Shown: piece by piece, positions 30,884 through 41,220 of the stretch | Layout of the letters: every line of letters begins with the position of its first letter | How positions within the stretch are numbered: the stretch's first letter is position 1 | The notes under the pieces: generated by a model | Told to the model about the DNA's origin: nothing | The model's database searches: none | The model's input: only the letters and a program-made list of their open reading frames with translations | Program-made: the position numbers and the translations under genes | Assembly (NCBI GenBank): GCA_964607485.1 | Contig: CAZSKP010000011.1 | Coordinates: 1 to 64,000 of the forward strand | Length of the DNA stretch: 64,000 nt | Direction of reading: 5' to 3' | From: an uncultured bacterium | GTDB taxonomy: Bacteria; Abyssobacteria; SURF-5

Positions 30884-31771
30884 ATGCTTCCAAAAGAACT
30901 CATAAGAAAGATACGCAGAATCCAGATTTACTCGACACGCACGGTGAACGACATGCTTGCCGGTCAGTACCGGAGCGTGTTCAAGGGAAGGGGCATGGAG
31001 TTCGCCGAGGTGCGCGAGTATCAAGTGGGCGACGAGGTGCGGCTGATCGACTGGAACGTCACCGCCCGGATGGGACGCCCCTACGTGAAACAGTTCGCGG
31101 AGGAGCGCGAGCTGACCGTGATGCTGCTTGTGGATGCCTCCGGCTCAGGACGTTTCGGCTCGGTCGCGCAGACAAAAAACGAGATAGCCGCCGAGATGGC
31201 GGCGCTCATAGCCTACTCGGCCATTCGAAACAACGACAAGGTCGGCCTGATAATGTTCACCGACCGCATCGAGAAATTTGTCGCGCCGAAAAAGGGCCGC
31301 TCGCACGTGCTGCGCGTGATCCGGGAGGTCTTGTTCTTCCGGCCCGAGGGGAAAGGAACGGACGTCTCCGCGGCGATCGAATACCTCATGCGGGTCACGA
31401 CGCGGCGGACGGTCGCATTCCTCATTTCCGACTTCATCGCCACCGGCTACGAAAAAAGGCTCCGCGTTGCCAACCAGCGTCATGACGTTATCGCACTGAG
31501 GATAACAGACCCGCGCGAGGTCGAGCTCCCGGCGGTGGGCCTCATCCAGCTCGAAGACCCCGAGACCGGCCGCATGATGCTTGTGAACACCCGCAATGCG
31601 AAGCTCAGAAAGAAGTATGAGCAATTGAGGAGGAAACACCTGGCCGAACAGGCGCACGCGTTCCGCTCGATGAACGTTGACCGTGTGGAAATCCGGACCG
31701 ACTCTTCTTACGTCGAGCCGCTGGTCAAGTTCTTCAAAATGCGCGAGCGAAGGCTGGCCGCCGGTAAATAG
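30884..31771 (+). CDS. DUF58 protein
   Basis: G.GMEFAEVREY..GD..R.IDWNVTAR, DASGS, ISDF. Confidence 0.93.
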   Translation: MLPKELIRKIRRIQIYSTRTVNDMLAGQYRSVFKGRGMEFAEVREYQVGDEVRLIDWNVTARMGRPYVKQFAEERELTVMLLVDASGSGRFGSVAQTKNEIAAEMAALIAYSAIRNNDKVGLIMFTDRIEKFVAPKKGRSHVLRVIREVLFFRPEGKGTDVSAAIEYLMRVTTRRTVAFLISDFIATGYEKRLRVANQRHDVIALRITDPREVELPAVGLIQLEDPETGRMMLVNTRNAKLRKKYEQLRRKHLAEQAHAFRSMNVDRVEIRTDSSYVEPLVKFFKMRERRLAAGK

Positions 31772-31780
31772 ACAAAGACT

Positions 31781-32797
31781 ATGGTTACCCTTTTCACAAA
31801 GAAACGTGCGGCTCTGGCGGTCCTCCTCGGGGGACTGTTTCTCCTGCTGAGCGCATGCGGAGGCGACAAAGAGCCCCCAACCGCGCTCAGGCCTGAACAG
31901 GGGTCGGTCGAATTGACCGCGACGGTTGACAGGGCCGTTGTGAATCCGGGCGACGTCATAACATTTACCCTTAAGGCCGACTATCGGCCCGACATATCGC
32001 TGGAGCTCCCGGAGATCGCCGATAAATTCTCGGATTTCCGCATTGTCAACTCGGGGATCTCACAGCCGGTGCGAAAGGGAGACCGCGTCGTTGCCGAGCG
32101 CTGGTACAAACTGCAGGCCGATGTCGCGGGCTCATATGTCATAGAACCCATCGAGGTCGCCTACAACCTCCAGCATGGCAAACAGAGAACGGCAAAGACG
32201 CCCAAGATCTTCCTGGAGGTCGAATCCCTGTTGGCGAAGCGGGGAGAGGCACATGACATCAGGGACATCAAGCCGCCGGTCTCGGTACCTCCCTCTTATG
32301 GAGTGTTCCTCCTGGTATTGGCGATTCTGGCGGGAACAATCGCATTGCTGCTGCTCTCTCGAAAACTGTTCAACCGGCTCAGGAGCAGAGCGCAGGCCAA
32401 GAGGTTCGCGCCGAAGCCGGCGCACGAAGAGGCGCTCGAGGCCCTCGAAAGATTATTGAAGAAGAGGCTCATCGAAAAGGGACACACGCGCCTGTTCTGC
32501 TTCGAGATTTCCGAAATATTCAGGCGATACATGCAGGCCCGCTTTGGCATCCCCGCCCTCGACCTGACCACAGACGAGATACTTCCCCGCGTCGAGGGAA
32601 ACGGCATCATCGGGGAGCGCCTCAAGCCGATCGTGAGAGAATTCCTCTCGGACACCGACTTCGTTAAATTTGCAAAATATCAGCCGACCCGAAATGAAAT
32701 AAAGAGGATAATCGAAAATACCAAGACGTTCATCAACACAAGCAAGGTGGCGCCGGCGGCCGAAGCCGCCTCCGCAGCGGGCGGTGAGGCGCAGTGA
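31781..32797 (+). CDS. Bat-operon lipoprotein/membrane protein
   Basis: Lipobox LSAC, IRDIKPP then TM, A..LTT.EI, D.VKFAK. Confidence 0.8.
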   Translation: MVTLFTKKRAALAVLLGGLFLLLSACGGDKEPPTALRPEQGSVELTATVDRAVVNPGDVITFTLKADYRPDISLELPEIADKFSDFRIVNSGISQPVRKGDRVVAERWYKLQADVAGSYVIEPIEVAYNLQHGKQRTAKTPKIFLEVESLLAKRGEAHDIRDIKPPVSVPPSYGVFLLVLAILAGTIALLLLSRKLFNRLRSRAQAKRFAPKPAHEEALEALERLLKKRLIEKGHTRLFCFEISEIFRRYMQARFGIPALDLTTDEILPRVEGNGIIGERLKPIVREFLSDTDFVKFAKYQPTRNEIKRIIENTKTFINTSKVAPAAEAASAAGGEAQ

Positions 32798-33795
32798 GTT
32801 CGTTTCGGTTCGAGGACCCATGGGCGATTCTGCTCGCAATCGGATTTGTGCCTCTCCTGTTTTTCAGCCTCGGGCTGCGGAGGTCGGGGAGCGTCAAGTA
32901 TCCCACGATGGGCCTTCTCCAACGATTGACCGGCATCTCGCCACTCCGCACGCACTACGTGCCGTTAGCGCTCCGCTCATTGGCTTTCCTGCTGCTCGTC
33001 GGGGCTCTCGCGCGGCCCCAGCTCGGCAACAGGAGCACCGAGATATTGAGCGAAGGGGTCGACATAATGCTCGCCATCGACACCTCGGGAACCATGCAGG
33101 CCCTGGACTTCGTCGCTGACGGCAGGAGGGTCACTCGGCTCGACGCGGTCAAACGAGTAGTCAAGAATTTCGTTCAAGGCCGCCCAAACGACAGAATCGG
33201 GATGATAGTCTTCGGGACGCACGCGTTCCTGCAGTGTCCGTTGACGCTCGACCACGGAGTGCTGCTCAGCTTCCTCGACAGGGCCGAGGTAGGCATGGCC
33301 GGGGAATACACGGCCATCGGCTCGGCCATCGCGCTCAGTGCCAGCAGATTGAAAGACCTGCCTGGCAAGGAGAAGGTCGTTATTCTGCTGACCGACGGTA
33401 TCAACAACACGGGCAAAATCTCGCCCGAAACCGCCGCGGAGATAGCAAGAACTTTGCGAATCAAAGTGTACACAATAGGCGTCGGCACGAAGGGTAAGGC
33501 GCCGTTTCGCGTGAGCACGATACTGGGCGATCAGTTGCGCTACGAGTATGTTCCGCTCGACGAGGGCACCCTGCAAAACGTCGCAAAGACGACTGGGGCC
33601 GAGTATTTCCGTGCCACCGATACCGAGGCGCTCGGAAGCATTTACAAACAGATCGACAAGATGGAAAAGACCGAGGTGAAGGTGAAGGAATATACCGAGT
33701 ATTTTGAGCTGTATCCCTGGCTGGTGTTTCCGGCATTCGCGCTCGTCGTAGTCGAACTCCTGCTCAAGAACACGGCTCTGAGGCAGATTCCGTGA
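32794..33795 (+). CDS. batA: BatA-like VWA protein
   Basis: ALARPQ, MIDAS DTSGT, DRIG.IVFG, LLTDG.NN. Confidence 0.88.
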   Translation: MSSFRFEDPWAILLAIGFVPLLFFSLGLRRSGSVKYPTMGLLQRLTGISPLRTHYVPLALRSLAFLLLVGALARPQLGNRSTEILSEGVDIMLAIDTSGTMQALDFVADGRRVTRLDAVKRVVKNFVQGRPNDRIGMIVFGTHAFLQCPLTLDHGVLLSFLDRAEVGMAGEYTAIGSAIALSASRLKDLPGKEKVVILLTDGINNTGKISPETAAEIARTLRIKVYTIGVGTKGKAPFRVSTILGDQLRYEYVPLDEGTLQNVAKTTGAEYFRATDTEALGSIYKQIDKMEKTEVKVKEYTEYFELYPWLVFPAFALVVVELLLKNTALRQIP

Positions 33796-33805
33796 GGCGA
33801 TCCCA

Positions 33806-34807
33806 GTGAAATTCGCCAATCCTCAAAACATGTACCTGTTTCTGCTCCTGCCCGTGCTCGCTCTACTCATTATCTATGGAGTGAGGAGGAAGAAGGCCGA
33901 GCTGAGCCGTTTTGCCAGTGAAGTGGTCCTCCCTCAAATCATTCTCGGGAGCAGCCCCCGCAGACGCAACCTGAGAATCGGGCTGTTTATGGCGGGGACG
34001 CTCTTCCTTGTGCTCTGCCTGTTGGGCCCACGGTGGGGCTTCCACTGGGAGGAAGTCAGGCGGAAGGGAGTTGACATTATCATCGCCCTGGACACATCCG
34101 ACAGCATGCTGAGCGAGGACGTGAAGCCCAGCCGGCTCGAACGCTCGAAACGGGAGGTATATGACCTCATAAAGATGCTCCACGGAGACAGACTGGGCCT
34201 CGTCGTGTTCGCGGGCGACGCGTTCGTTCAATGCCCCCTCACGCTCGACCACGGCGCGTGCATGATGTTTCTTGATTATATCGATACAACGGTCGTGCCC
34301 CAGAAAGGAACAAACCTGGAGGCGGCAATAAGGAAGGCGGTGGGAGCGTTCGATGATGTGGAACGCGGCTCGAAGGCCATAATCCTCATATCCGACGGCG
34401 GCAACCTGCAGGGCAACCCCATGGCGGCAGCCGAAGAGGCGAAACAGAAGGGAATCAAGATATACACAATCGGCATCGGACGAGAGGACGAGGAAGTGCC
34501 CATCCCCCTGAGCGACGGAGGACTCAAGTACAAAGGGGGCAAAATGGTGACAACGAAGCTGGAGGACAAGGTTCTGCGCGACGTTGCGCTTGCCACAGGG
34601 GGGATATATGTGCGCTCAGTCACGGGCGACCTCGATCTCGAGAAGATATACTATGAGGAGATACACAAGAAGATGGAAAAGAGGGAACTGGAGAGCACTC
34701 GCCGCAAGCGCTGGGAAGAACGCTTCCAGTGGCCCCTGCTCGGGGCGGTGGCGTTGCTCTTTGCGGAAGCGATCATAGGGGAGAGACAAAGAAATGCTAC
34801 GGACTAG
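33806..34807 (+). CDS. batB: BatB-like VWA protein
   Basis: DTSDSM..EDVKPSRL, FAGDAFVQCPLT.D, LISDG. Confidence 0.88.
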   Translation: MKFANPQNMYLFLLLPVLALLIIYGVRRKKAELSRFASEVVLPQIILGSSPRRRNLRIGLFMAGTLFLVLCLLGPRWGFHWEEVRRKGVDIIIALDTSDSMLSEDVKPSRLERSKREVYDLIKMLHGDRLGLVVFAGDAFVQCPLTLDHGACMMFLDYIDTTVVPQKGTNLEAAIRKAVGAFDDVERGSKAIILISDGGNLQGNPMAAAEEAKQKGIKIYTIGIGREDEEVPIPLSDGGLKYKGGKMVTTKLEDKVLRDVALATGGIYVRSVTGDLDLEKIYYEEIHKKMEKRELESTRRKRWEERFQWPLLGAVALLFAEAIIGERQRNATD

Positions 34808-35657
34808 CCTCCTCGCGATAATCGGTCTCGCGCTGCTTTCGCCCGTCGCCCTCGCGCAAACCGTCTCGGGCTCCATCGGGGCCGGCAACGCGCTGTACTC
34901 GGAAGGCAAATACGACGAGGCCCTGAAGCAATACAAGGCGGCGCAAGTGGAATCGCCCACCGATGAGCGGATAACGTTCAACCTCGGCAATGCCCAGTAC
35001 AAGCTGGGCCAGCACGATGAAGCGCTGTCGGAATACCTGACCTCGGCTCAGAGCGCCGACCCAAAGATTCGAGCTCAGAGTTATTACAACAGCGGCAACG
35101 CGCTTTATCGGACGGGCAAGCTCGAAGAAGCCGTCGAACAATATCTCAAAGCCCTCCAGATCAACCCCGACGATGAAGACGCCAAGTTCAATCTCGAGTT
35201 CGTCCGTCAGGAAATCCGGCGGCGGATGAACGAGCAACAACAACGGCGTGAGCAACAGCAGAAGGAAAAGGAAAAGCAGAAAAAAGAGCAGGAAGAAAAG
35301 AAATCAAACGATCAGAACTCGGCCAAGCAGGCCGGACAACAGCCGGAGGAGAAGACGAAACCTTCTCAACAGGAAAGCGAACAGCAGAAGAAACAAGAAC
35401 AAACGAAAGGCAAAGAGGAAGAAAAGCCGCAACCCGAGAGTTCTCCCGAGCAAGAGAAGGCCCGCCCGCCCGAAGGCATGGGCCGGGAAAGACAAGGGCA
35501 GGAGCGAAAGCCACAGACGACTCCCGAACCGAGCGGGGTCGACGGAAACTCACAGCGATGGCTTGATGCGATAGAGGCCGAATCGGCGGAGAACATGAAA
35601 GAATTCCTCAGAAAGCAACAGCCGGGCGGCTCCATCGTTTACCCGCAGGATTGGTGA
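34794..35657 (+). CDS. batC: BatC-like TPR protein with Q/E/K-rich tail
   Basis: FNLGNAQY, YYNSGNALY, DAKFNLE; ends in DW. Confidence 0.85.
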   Translation: MLRTSLLAIIGLALLSPVALAQTVSGSIGAGNALYSEGKYDEALKQYKAAQVESPTDERITFNLGNAQYKLGQHDEALSEYLTSAQSADPKIRAQSYYNSGNALYRTGKLEEAVEQYLKALQINPDDEDAKFNLEFVRQEIRRRMNEQQQRREQQQKEKEKQKKEQEEKKSNDQNSAKQAGQQPEEKTKPSQQESEQQKKQEQTKGKEEEKPQPESSPEQEKARPPEGMGRERQGQERKPQTTPEPSGVDGNSQRWLDAIEAESAENMKEFLRKQQPGGSIVYPQDW

Positions 35658-35734
35658 CAACGCGAGGGCCAGGGAACAGACTGCAGAAAGGGCCTGTTTA
35701 TTTTCGACCGACGATTTGATAAAGTTGGATAGAG

Positions 35735-37651
35735 ATGGCGATGAAAAACTTTTTGGATTTTTCAAACAGAGTTGAACCTCCCAAGGGGCGCGTGACAAAC
35801 AGATACCTTGCCGTCGCGTTGCTCCTTGTGGTGGCGCTCTTGGCGTTCGGTGCCCCGGCGGCAGGAGCGGATTCAAAGCTAAGCGTTGATCTCGCCCTCA
35901 GCAAATCGAAGGTCGCGGTTGGCGAACATGCGTTGCTCACAGTCACCGTGAACGGACCGAGCGGTTTCTCCGAGCCCGTCCTGCCCGAGGTCGACGGCCT
36001 CGACATAACGTTTCGAGGCCGGTCGCAGAGCATAGAGATAATCAACGCTCAAGTAAAGTCGTCGAAGAAATTCACATACGTGGTTGTGCCTCGTAGGACC
36101 GGTGAATTCGCCATCGGGCCCGCTCAGATCAAGCGCTCCGGACAGACGTATGAGAGCAACGCCGTCAACTTGTCGGCGAAAGAGGCCGGAGAGGCTCAAG
36201 CGGCCGGAGAGACTCAAGCGGCCGGCCCGCAGCAGAGTAACGTCATTGTCGAGGCCAGCGTCAACAATGCCAACCCATACGTTGGCCAGCAGGTAACCCT
36301 GCTTTTCCGTTTCGCCCGACAGACTGACGCGCGCATAAGAAACGCCGGCTACAAGATGCCCGACCTCCCCGACTTCTGGAGTGAGGGGATGGAGAACAGG
36401 CAAGAGTACACACAGAAGATTGGCGACAAGGAGTACGTGATCACCGAGATAGGCGTTCCGCTATTCCCCATAACCGAAGGAGACATCACCATAGGTGCGA
36501 TTACGCTCAATTACGACGAGCTGATTCCCTCGGACCGTTCCCGCTTCGAGTCACCTTTCTTCAAGGACCCATTCGGCAGAAGCCCTTTCGACGACGAGTT
36601 CTTCAAATTCTTCCGCGCGGATGAAGTGCAGAAGCGAACCATGTACACCAAACCGATACACATTCATGTCCATCCCCTGCCGCCAGAAGGTCGGCCCAAG
36701 GGGTTCAAGGGGGGCGTGGGAAGCTTCAGCATGACCGCACGCCTCAGCAACGACGAAGTAAAAGCCGGCGAATCCGTGACTCTCACACTTGCTCTCAGCG
36801 GTGAGGGCAACATCAGGGACGTGCCTGATCCGGAACTGGACATTGATGGAGTCAAGACATATTCAGACACGCCCTCGATAGATGTGAAAAACTACAACGA
36901 CACTGTTGTGGGTGAGAAAACATACAAGATTGCGCTGGTACCCCAGCGAGCGGGTCAGATCAGTATTCCCAGAGTGTCGGTTTCCTACTTCGACCCCAAG
37001 GACGGACGGTACGAGGCCGCCTCATCGGAATCGCTGAGCCTGAAGGTCCTCCCTTCGGAAAAGGAAACGCTGGTGATGGCCAAATCGACCGAAGAGGAGC
37101 GCGAAAGCGAGCGGGCGGGAGCGGCCAAACACGACATTCTTCCCATCCATGAAAGGATAGGCCCCGTCGAGGGCAGCCGACTTCAGGTATGGCTGCGCTG
37201 GCTGAGACCAGTGGCATATCCGCTCCCGATAGTGGTCTACGCCCTCTGCTTCGTGCTGGTCAAACACAGAGAAAAGCTCAGGACCGACGCGGCATACAGG
37301 CGTCAGAGATTTGCTTCCAGAATGGCGGATGCCCATATCGAAAAGGCCGCACAAGCGATGAAACAGAGGAGATGGGACGAGGTCTTCACCCAATGCTCGC
37401 GAGCCGTGACCGAATACCTCGCCGATAAACTCAACATTCCAGCCGGAGGGTTGACCCCTTCCGACATCGAGTCCGCACTGTCGTCGCGAGCCGTGACCGA
37501 AGGCTTACTGAGGGAACTGATAAAGTTCCTGGAGGCCTGCGACTACGGCCGTTTCGCGTCGTCGGGCAGGAGCCCGGAGGCGGCTCGCGAATACATTGAA
37601 AGAACGCGGCGTATAATCGACCGCCTGGAGAAAGAGGCTATTAAACGATGA
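35735..37651 (+). CDS. batD: BatD family protein
   Basis: Leader, repeated beta domains, PYVGQQ, F.GGVG.F, C-terminal TM; start may be GTG 35792. Confidence 0.88.
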   Translation: MAMKNFLDFSNRVEPPKGRVTNRYLAVALLLVVALLAFGAPAAGADSKLSVDLALSKSKVAVGEHALLTVTVNGPSGFSEPVLPEVDGLDITFRGRSQSIEIINAQVKSSKKFTYVVVPRRTGEFAIGPAQIKRSGQTYESNAVNLSAKEAGEAQAAGETQAAGPQQSNVIVEASVNNANPYVGQQVTLLFRFARQTDARIRNAGYKMPDLPDFWSEGMENRQEYTQKIGDKEYVITEIGVPLFPITEGDITIGAITLNYDELIPSDRSRFESPFFKDPFGRSPFDDEFFKFFRADEVQKRTMYTKPIHIHVHPLPPEGRPKGFKGGVGSFSMTARLSNDEVKAGESVTLTLALSGEGNIRDVPDPELDIDGVKTYSDTPSIDVKNYNDTVVGEKTYKIALVPQRAGQISIPRVSVSYFDPKDGRYEAASSESLSLKVLPSEKETLVMAKSTEEERESERAGAAKHDILPIHERIGPVEGSRLQVWLRWLRPVAYPLPIVVYALCFVLVKHREKLRTDAAYRRQRFASRMADAHIEKAAQAMKQRRWDEVFTQCSRAVTEYLADKLNIPAGGLTPSDIESALSSRAVTEGLLRELIKFLEACDYGRFASSGRSPEAAREYIERTRRIIDRLEKEAIKR

Positions 37652-38466
37652 GCAGGGCAACCGGCGCCCCATTTAAAGCTGCGCTCTGCGCGCTTGTCAT
37701 CATTCCATTTTTGGCGGCATCGCCCCGCGATGCCCGCGGCCAATCTGAAGATAAGTCGCCCACCGTGCCTGCCCAACACGTGAACAATGTGTTCGATATA
37801 GCCAACGAAGAATACAAGGCGGGCAATCTCGAAGACGCGGTCAGGCTCTACGACGGGCTTCTTTCCGGGCCGGGGCTGAAGACGGCAGACATCTACTATA
37901 ACCTTGGCAATGCTTATTTCAGGCTGAACAAATACGGGAAAGCGATCGCCTCGTACCGGCGCGCTCTGGGAATCGCCCCCAGGGATCAGGACATCCTTGC
38001 GAACCTGCGGTACGTTCGCAGCATGGTGAAGGACAAGATAGACCAGCCGAAAAGCACGGAAATGTTCCGGGAGATGTTCTTCTTCCATTATGACTTCAAC
38101 CCGGCTGAGTCGGAGATGATATTCATGTGCGCCTACCTTGTGGCGGCCCTGCTGGCGACTCTCTATCTGTTCGTGAAGCCGAAGGCGCTCCGCTGGCTGG
38201 CCGTCGCGGCCTTGGCGGTGGCGCTCATATTCGGCGCCTCGACGCTCGTTCACGCCTATCGCGCGGCAAATCCAGACGAGGGTGTCGTTGTGGTGGAGGA
38301 GGCCGACATACGCACCGGCCCGGGCGATAATTACATGGTATCATTTAATCTGCACGACGGCGCGGAGCTGGAGATCCGCAAGCGGGGAGAGGATTGGTCA
38401 CAAATCGAGCTCCCCGACGGCAGGCGCGGATGGGCGAGAAACGCTCAGATTGAGGTAATATCGTAG
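37648..38466 (+). CDS. batE: BatE-like TPR + SH3b protein
   Basis: YYNLGNAYF, TM pair, RTGPG..Y...LHDG...W..I...GW. Confidence 0.85.
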   Translation: MSRATGAPFKAALCALVIIPFLAASPRDARGQSEDKSPTVPAQHVNNVFDIANEEYKAGNLEDAVRLYDGLLSGPGLKTADIYYNLGNAYFRLNKYGKAIASYRRALGIAPRDQDILANLRYVRSMVKDKIDQPKSTEMFREMFFFHYDFNPAESEMIFMCAYLVAALLATLYLFVKPKALRWLAVAALAVALIFGASTLVHAYRAANPDEGVVVVEEADIRTGPGDNYMVSFNLHDGAELEIRKRGEDWSQIELPDGRRGWARNAQIEVIS

Positions 38467-38475
38467 AAGAAGACA

Positions 38476-41220
38476 ATGGACTACCTCGATGAACTGAAAC
38501 AGAAGTTTTCAGAGACCCTCTCCTCGGTGCCCGCAGATGCCGGACGCGCCCGCCTTCTGGACGCCGCGAAAAGTTTCGTAGGGGATAAGAGAGAAGAGCT
38601 GTACAAGATGCATTTTGACGGGGCGGGCGGGGCGGCCGTCGTGGGTCGATACACGTCCCTGGTCGATTCGCTCGTGCAGGCGATATATCGCGTCGCAATC
38701 GAGGAAAAGGACGTGCGCTCTCCCCATTCGCTGGTCGCCTTGGGCGGATATGGACGCAGAGAGCTGTGCTTTTGCTCCGACCTGGACATCATGTTTCTCC
38801 ACGAGGGGCGCTTGAGCAAGGGGCTCGAAGCGGCAAACGATTATCTCCTGTATTTCCTTTGGGACCTCGGCTTCGAGGTCGGCCACAGCATCCGTTCGAT
38901 GCGGGAATCCCTAAAGCTCGCCAGGCTGGACAACACTGCCCTCACTTCCATGCTCGAATCCCGGTTACTCGTGGGCAAAGCTTCGACGTTCGAGAAGTTC
39001 ATCGGCAAGTTGGCGGCTCAGATAAAGTCGGCGGGCATCAAACGGTTCATCCGACGCCGGGAAAGGGAGCGGAAGCGCAACTACTCCGAGGCCGGCGACG
39101 ATGTGTACCACAGCGAGCCGAATATCAAGCAAACAGCCGGTGGTCTGCGGGACTATCACACGGGCATCTGGATAGCCCTTGCTCGGTTTAGGTTGAAGTC
39201 GCCGCGAGAGTTCTTCAATGCGGGTTTGCTCACCGAGGAACAGTTCCTCAAGCTCGAGCGGGCTCTGGATTTCCTGTGGCGTGTGCGCAATCAAATGCAT
39301 CTCGACAACGGCCCGCCGCAGGATGTGCTCACCCTCAGCCGGCAGGAGCGGGTCGCACACGCGTTCGGATACCGCGCCTCTCGGGGTGCGCTCGCCGTGG
39401 AGCTGTTCATGCAGGATTACTATACCCACGCCGTGGAGCTGCATCGATTCTACAGAGAAATGCTCCGGCTCGGAGGACTGTCCGAGAAGCGCCGCCGGGA
39501 GGACATCATCACGCGGGGCGGCAAGATCGAGCGCGGCCTGAGGATAGCGCGGCGCCTGGTTTATCTGCCCGCCAGAGACTCTAATTGGTTCCGCGAGAAT
39601 CCGGCGCGACTGCTCGAGGTCGTCTGGTACTCTCAGAAGCACGGGTTCATGCTAAGCGAAAGCGCCGAGGCAGAAATGAGCGCGAACCTTAACCTCATAG
39701 ATGAACAGTTTCGGGCATCTCCCGTCGCAAGGGACTACTTCATGGCGATCCTCTCCGATATCTCGCGCGTCGGCTCGACGGTGAGAAAGATGAGCGACAT
39801 CGGCATTTTGGACCGCTACCTTCCCGAGTTCTCGTCCATCAGACACGTGGTCAGATACGACCCGTTCCACCAGTATCCGGTTGACGAACACACCCTACGC
39901 GCCCTCGAAAACCTGGCGGCGATACCGCATCTGAGCGAACTGGGAACCGATGTCCTCAAGCAGATTCTTTCCGAGATACGGGCTCCCGAAATTTTGTCGC
40001 TGGCAATCCTCCTCCACGACCTGGGCAAGACCGAAGAGGGCTCCCACGTGAGCAGAGGTGTCCGGACGGCAGAGGTGGTGGGTCAACGCCTCGCGCTCAA
40101 TGAACAACAGATGGAAACTCTGAGATTTCTCGTCCGCAACCATCTCAAAATGACTCATCTGAGTCAATATCGCGACCTCGACGACTGGGAAATCATACGC
40201 TCGTTCGCGTCCGAGGTCGGCTCGGAAGAAAGACTCAACATGCTCTACCTGCTTACCTTCGCCGACCTGTACGCCGTGAGGCAGGGAGCATGGAACGATT
40301 GGAAATCAGCGCTCCTGTTCCGTCTCTACAGCCGGACCAAACAGACGCTGGCGCAGCCGCTTCACCCCGAGGGGGAAGAGGCCGAGTACTGGAATACCCC
40401 CAAGGCGAGTGCAATCTGCGAATATCTGCCCAAGCCCGACTTCCACGCCGTCAAGAGACACCTTTCGCTCATGTCTCCGCGCTACCTCGCGTGTTTCGCC
40501 CCAAAAGAGATCGCAGCGCATATGCGCATGGCATCCTCCCTGGAGCATAAGACGGCGGCCTTCAAGTGCGTCGGGCTTCCTAATTATTCTCTCTCGCAGA
40601 TAACGGTCTGCGCAAAGGACAGGATGGGGCTCTTTGCCGAGATGGCGGGCGCGTTTGCCGCCCAGCAGGTGAGCGTGTTGAGCGCGGCGGTGTTCACCCG
40701 TTCCGATGGGATTGCCATCGACAGTTTCCACGTGGTGGACGGGGAAACCGACGGGCCGCTGTCATCGACAAAATGGGCCGTGGTAAAGGAGAATCTCCGA
40801 AAAGCGCTCCGGGGCGAACGCGATGTGGCGCAGATGATTCGCACCGTCGAGCGCAGCCCTCGCGTCGCCCGGCGGACGATGTCGTCGCTGCGCCGAGGCG
40901 TGTATTTTGACAATCGGGTATCCGCAACACATACTGTCATAGACATTGAGGCTCCCGACAGAATCGGTTTGCTCTATGACATCGCCTCCACCTTTTCCGA
41001 GTTGGGCCTGGATCTTTCGGTCGCGAGGGTGGCGACCGAAGTGCGTCAGGCCCGCGACGCGTTTTACGTAACCGACAGCGCGGGAAAAAAGATAGCGGAC
41101 CCATTGCGGATACAGGAGATCCGCGAAAGACTTGAAGAGGCGCTCGAACCCCGCCGGGAATCTCTGGCGGTCGAGAATAATGGCTCAAGGAAGACTAAAA
41201 GGAGAGTGAAGGCAACATGA
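38476..41220 (+). CDS. glnD: PII uridylyltransferase/uridylyl-removing enzyme
   Basis: GGYGRREL..SDLD, EPNIK..GGLRD, HQYPVDEH, LLHDLGK, two ACT domains. Confidence 0.95.
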   Translation: MDYLDELKQKFSETLSSVPADAGRARLLDAAKSFVGDKREELYKMHFDGAGGAAVVGRYTSLVDSLVQAIYRVAIEEKDVRSPHSLVALGGYGRRELCFCSDLDIMFLHEGRLSKGLEAANDYLLYFLWDLGFEVGHSIRSMRESLKLARLDNTALTSMLESRLLVGKASTFEKFIGKLAAQIKSAGIKRFIRRRERERKRNYSEAGDDVYHSEPNIKQTAGGLRDYHTGIWIALARFRLKSPREFFNAGLLTEEQFLKLERALDFLWRVRNQMHLDNGPPQDVLTLSRQERVAHAFGYRASRGALAVELFMQDYYTHAVELHRFYREMLRLGGLSEKRRREDIITRGGKIERGLRIARRLVYLPARDSNWFRENPARLLEVVWYSQKHGFMLSESAEAEMSANLNLIDEQFRASPVARDYFMAILSDISRVGSTVRKMSDIGILDRYLPEFSSIRHVVRYDPFHQYPVDEHTLRALENLAAIPHLSELGTDVLKQILSEIRAPEILSLAILLHDLGKTEEGSHVSRGVRTAEVVGQRLALNEQQMETLRFLVRNHLKMTHLSQYRDLDDWEIIRSFASEVGSEERLNMLYLLTFADLYAVRQGAWNDWKSALLFRLYSRTKQTLAQPLHPEGEEAEYWNTPKASAICEYLPKPDFHAVKRHLSLMSPRYLACFAPKEIAAHMRMASSLEHKTAAFKCVGLPNYSLSQITVCAKDRMGLFAEMAGAFAAQQVSVLSAAVFTRSDGIAIDSFHVVDGETDGPLSSTKWAVVKENLRKALRGERDVAQMIRTVERSPRVARRTMSSLRRGVYFDNRVSATHTVIDIEAPDRIGLLYDIASTFSELGLDLSVARVATEVRQARDAFYVTDSAGKKIADPLRIQEIRERLEEALEPRRESLAVENNGSRKTKRRVKAT

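Noticed and set aside
35220-35530. A-rich low-complexity tract
   Set aside because: Explained by the Q/E/K-rich tail typical of BatC
36184-36225. 18-bp tandem duplication in batD
   Set aside because: In-frame linker expansion (AGEAQA/AGETQA); ordinary
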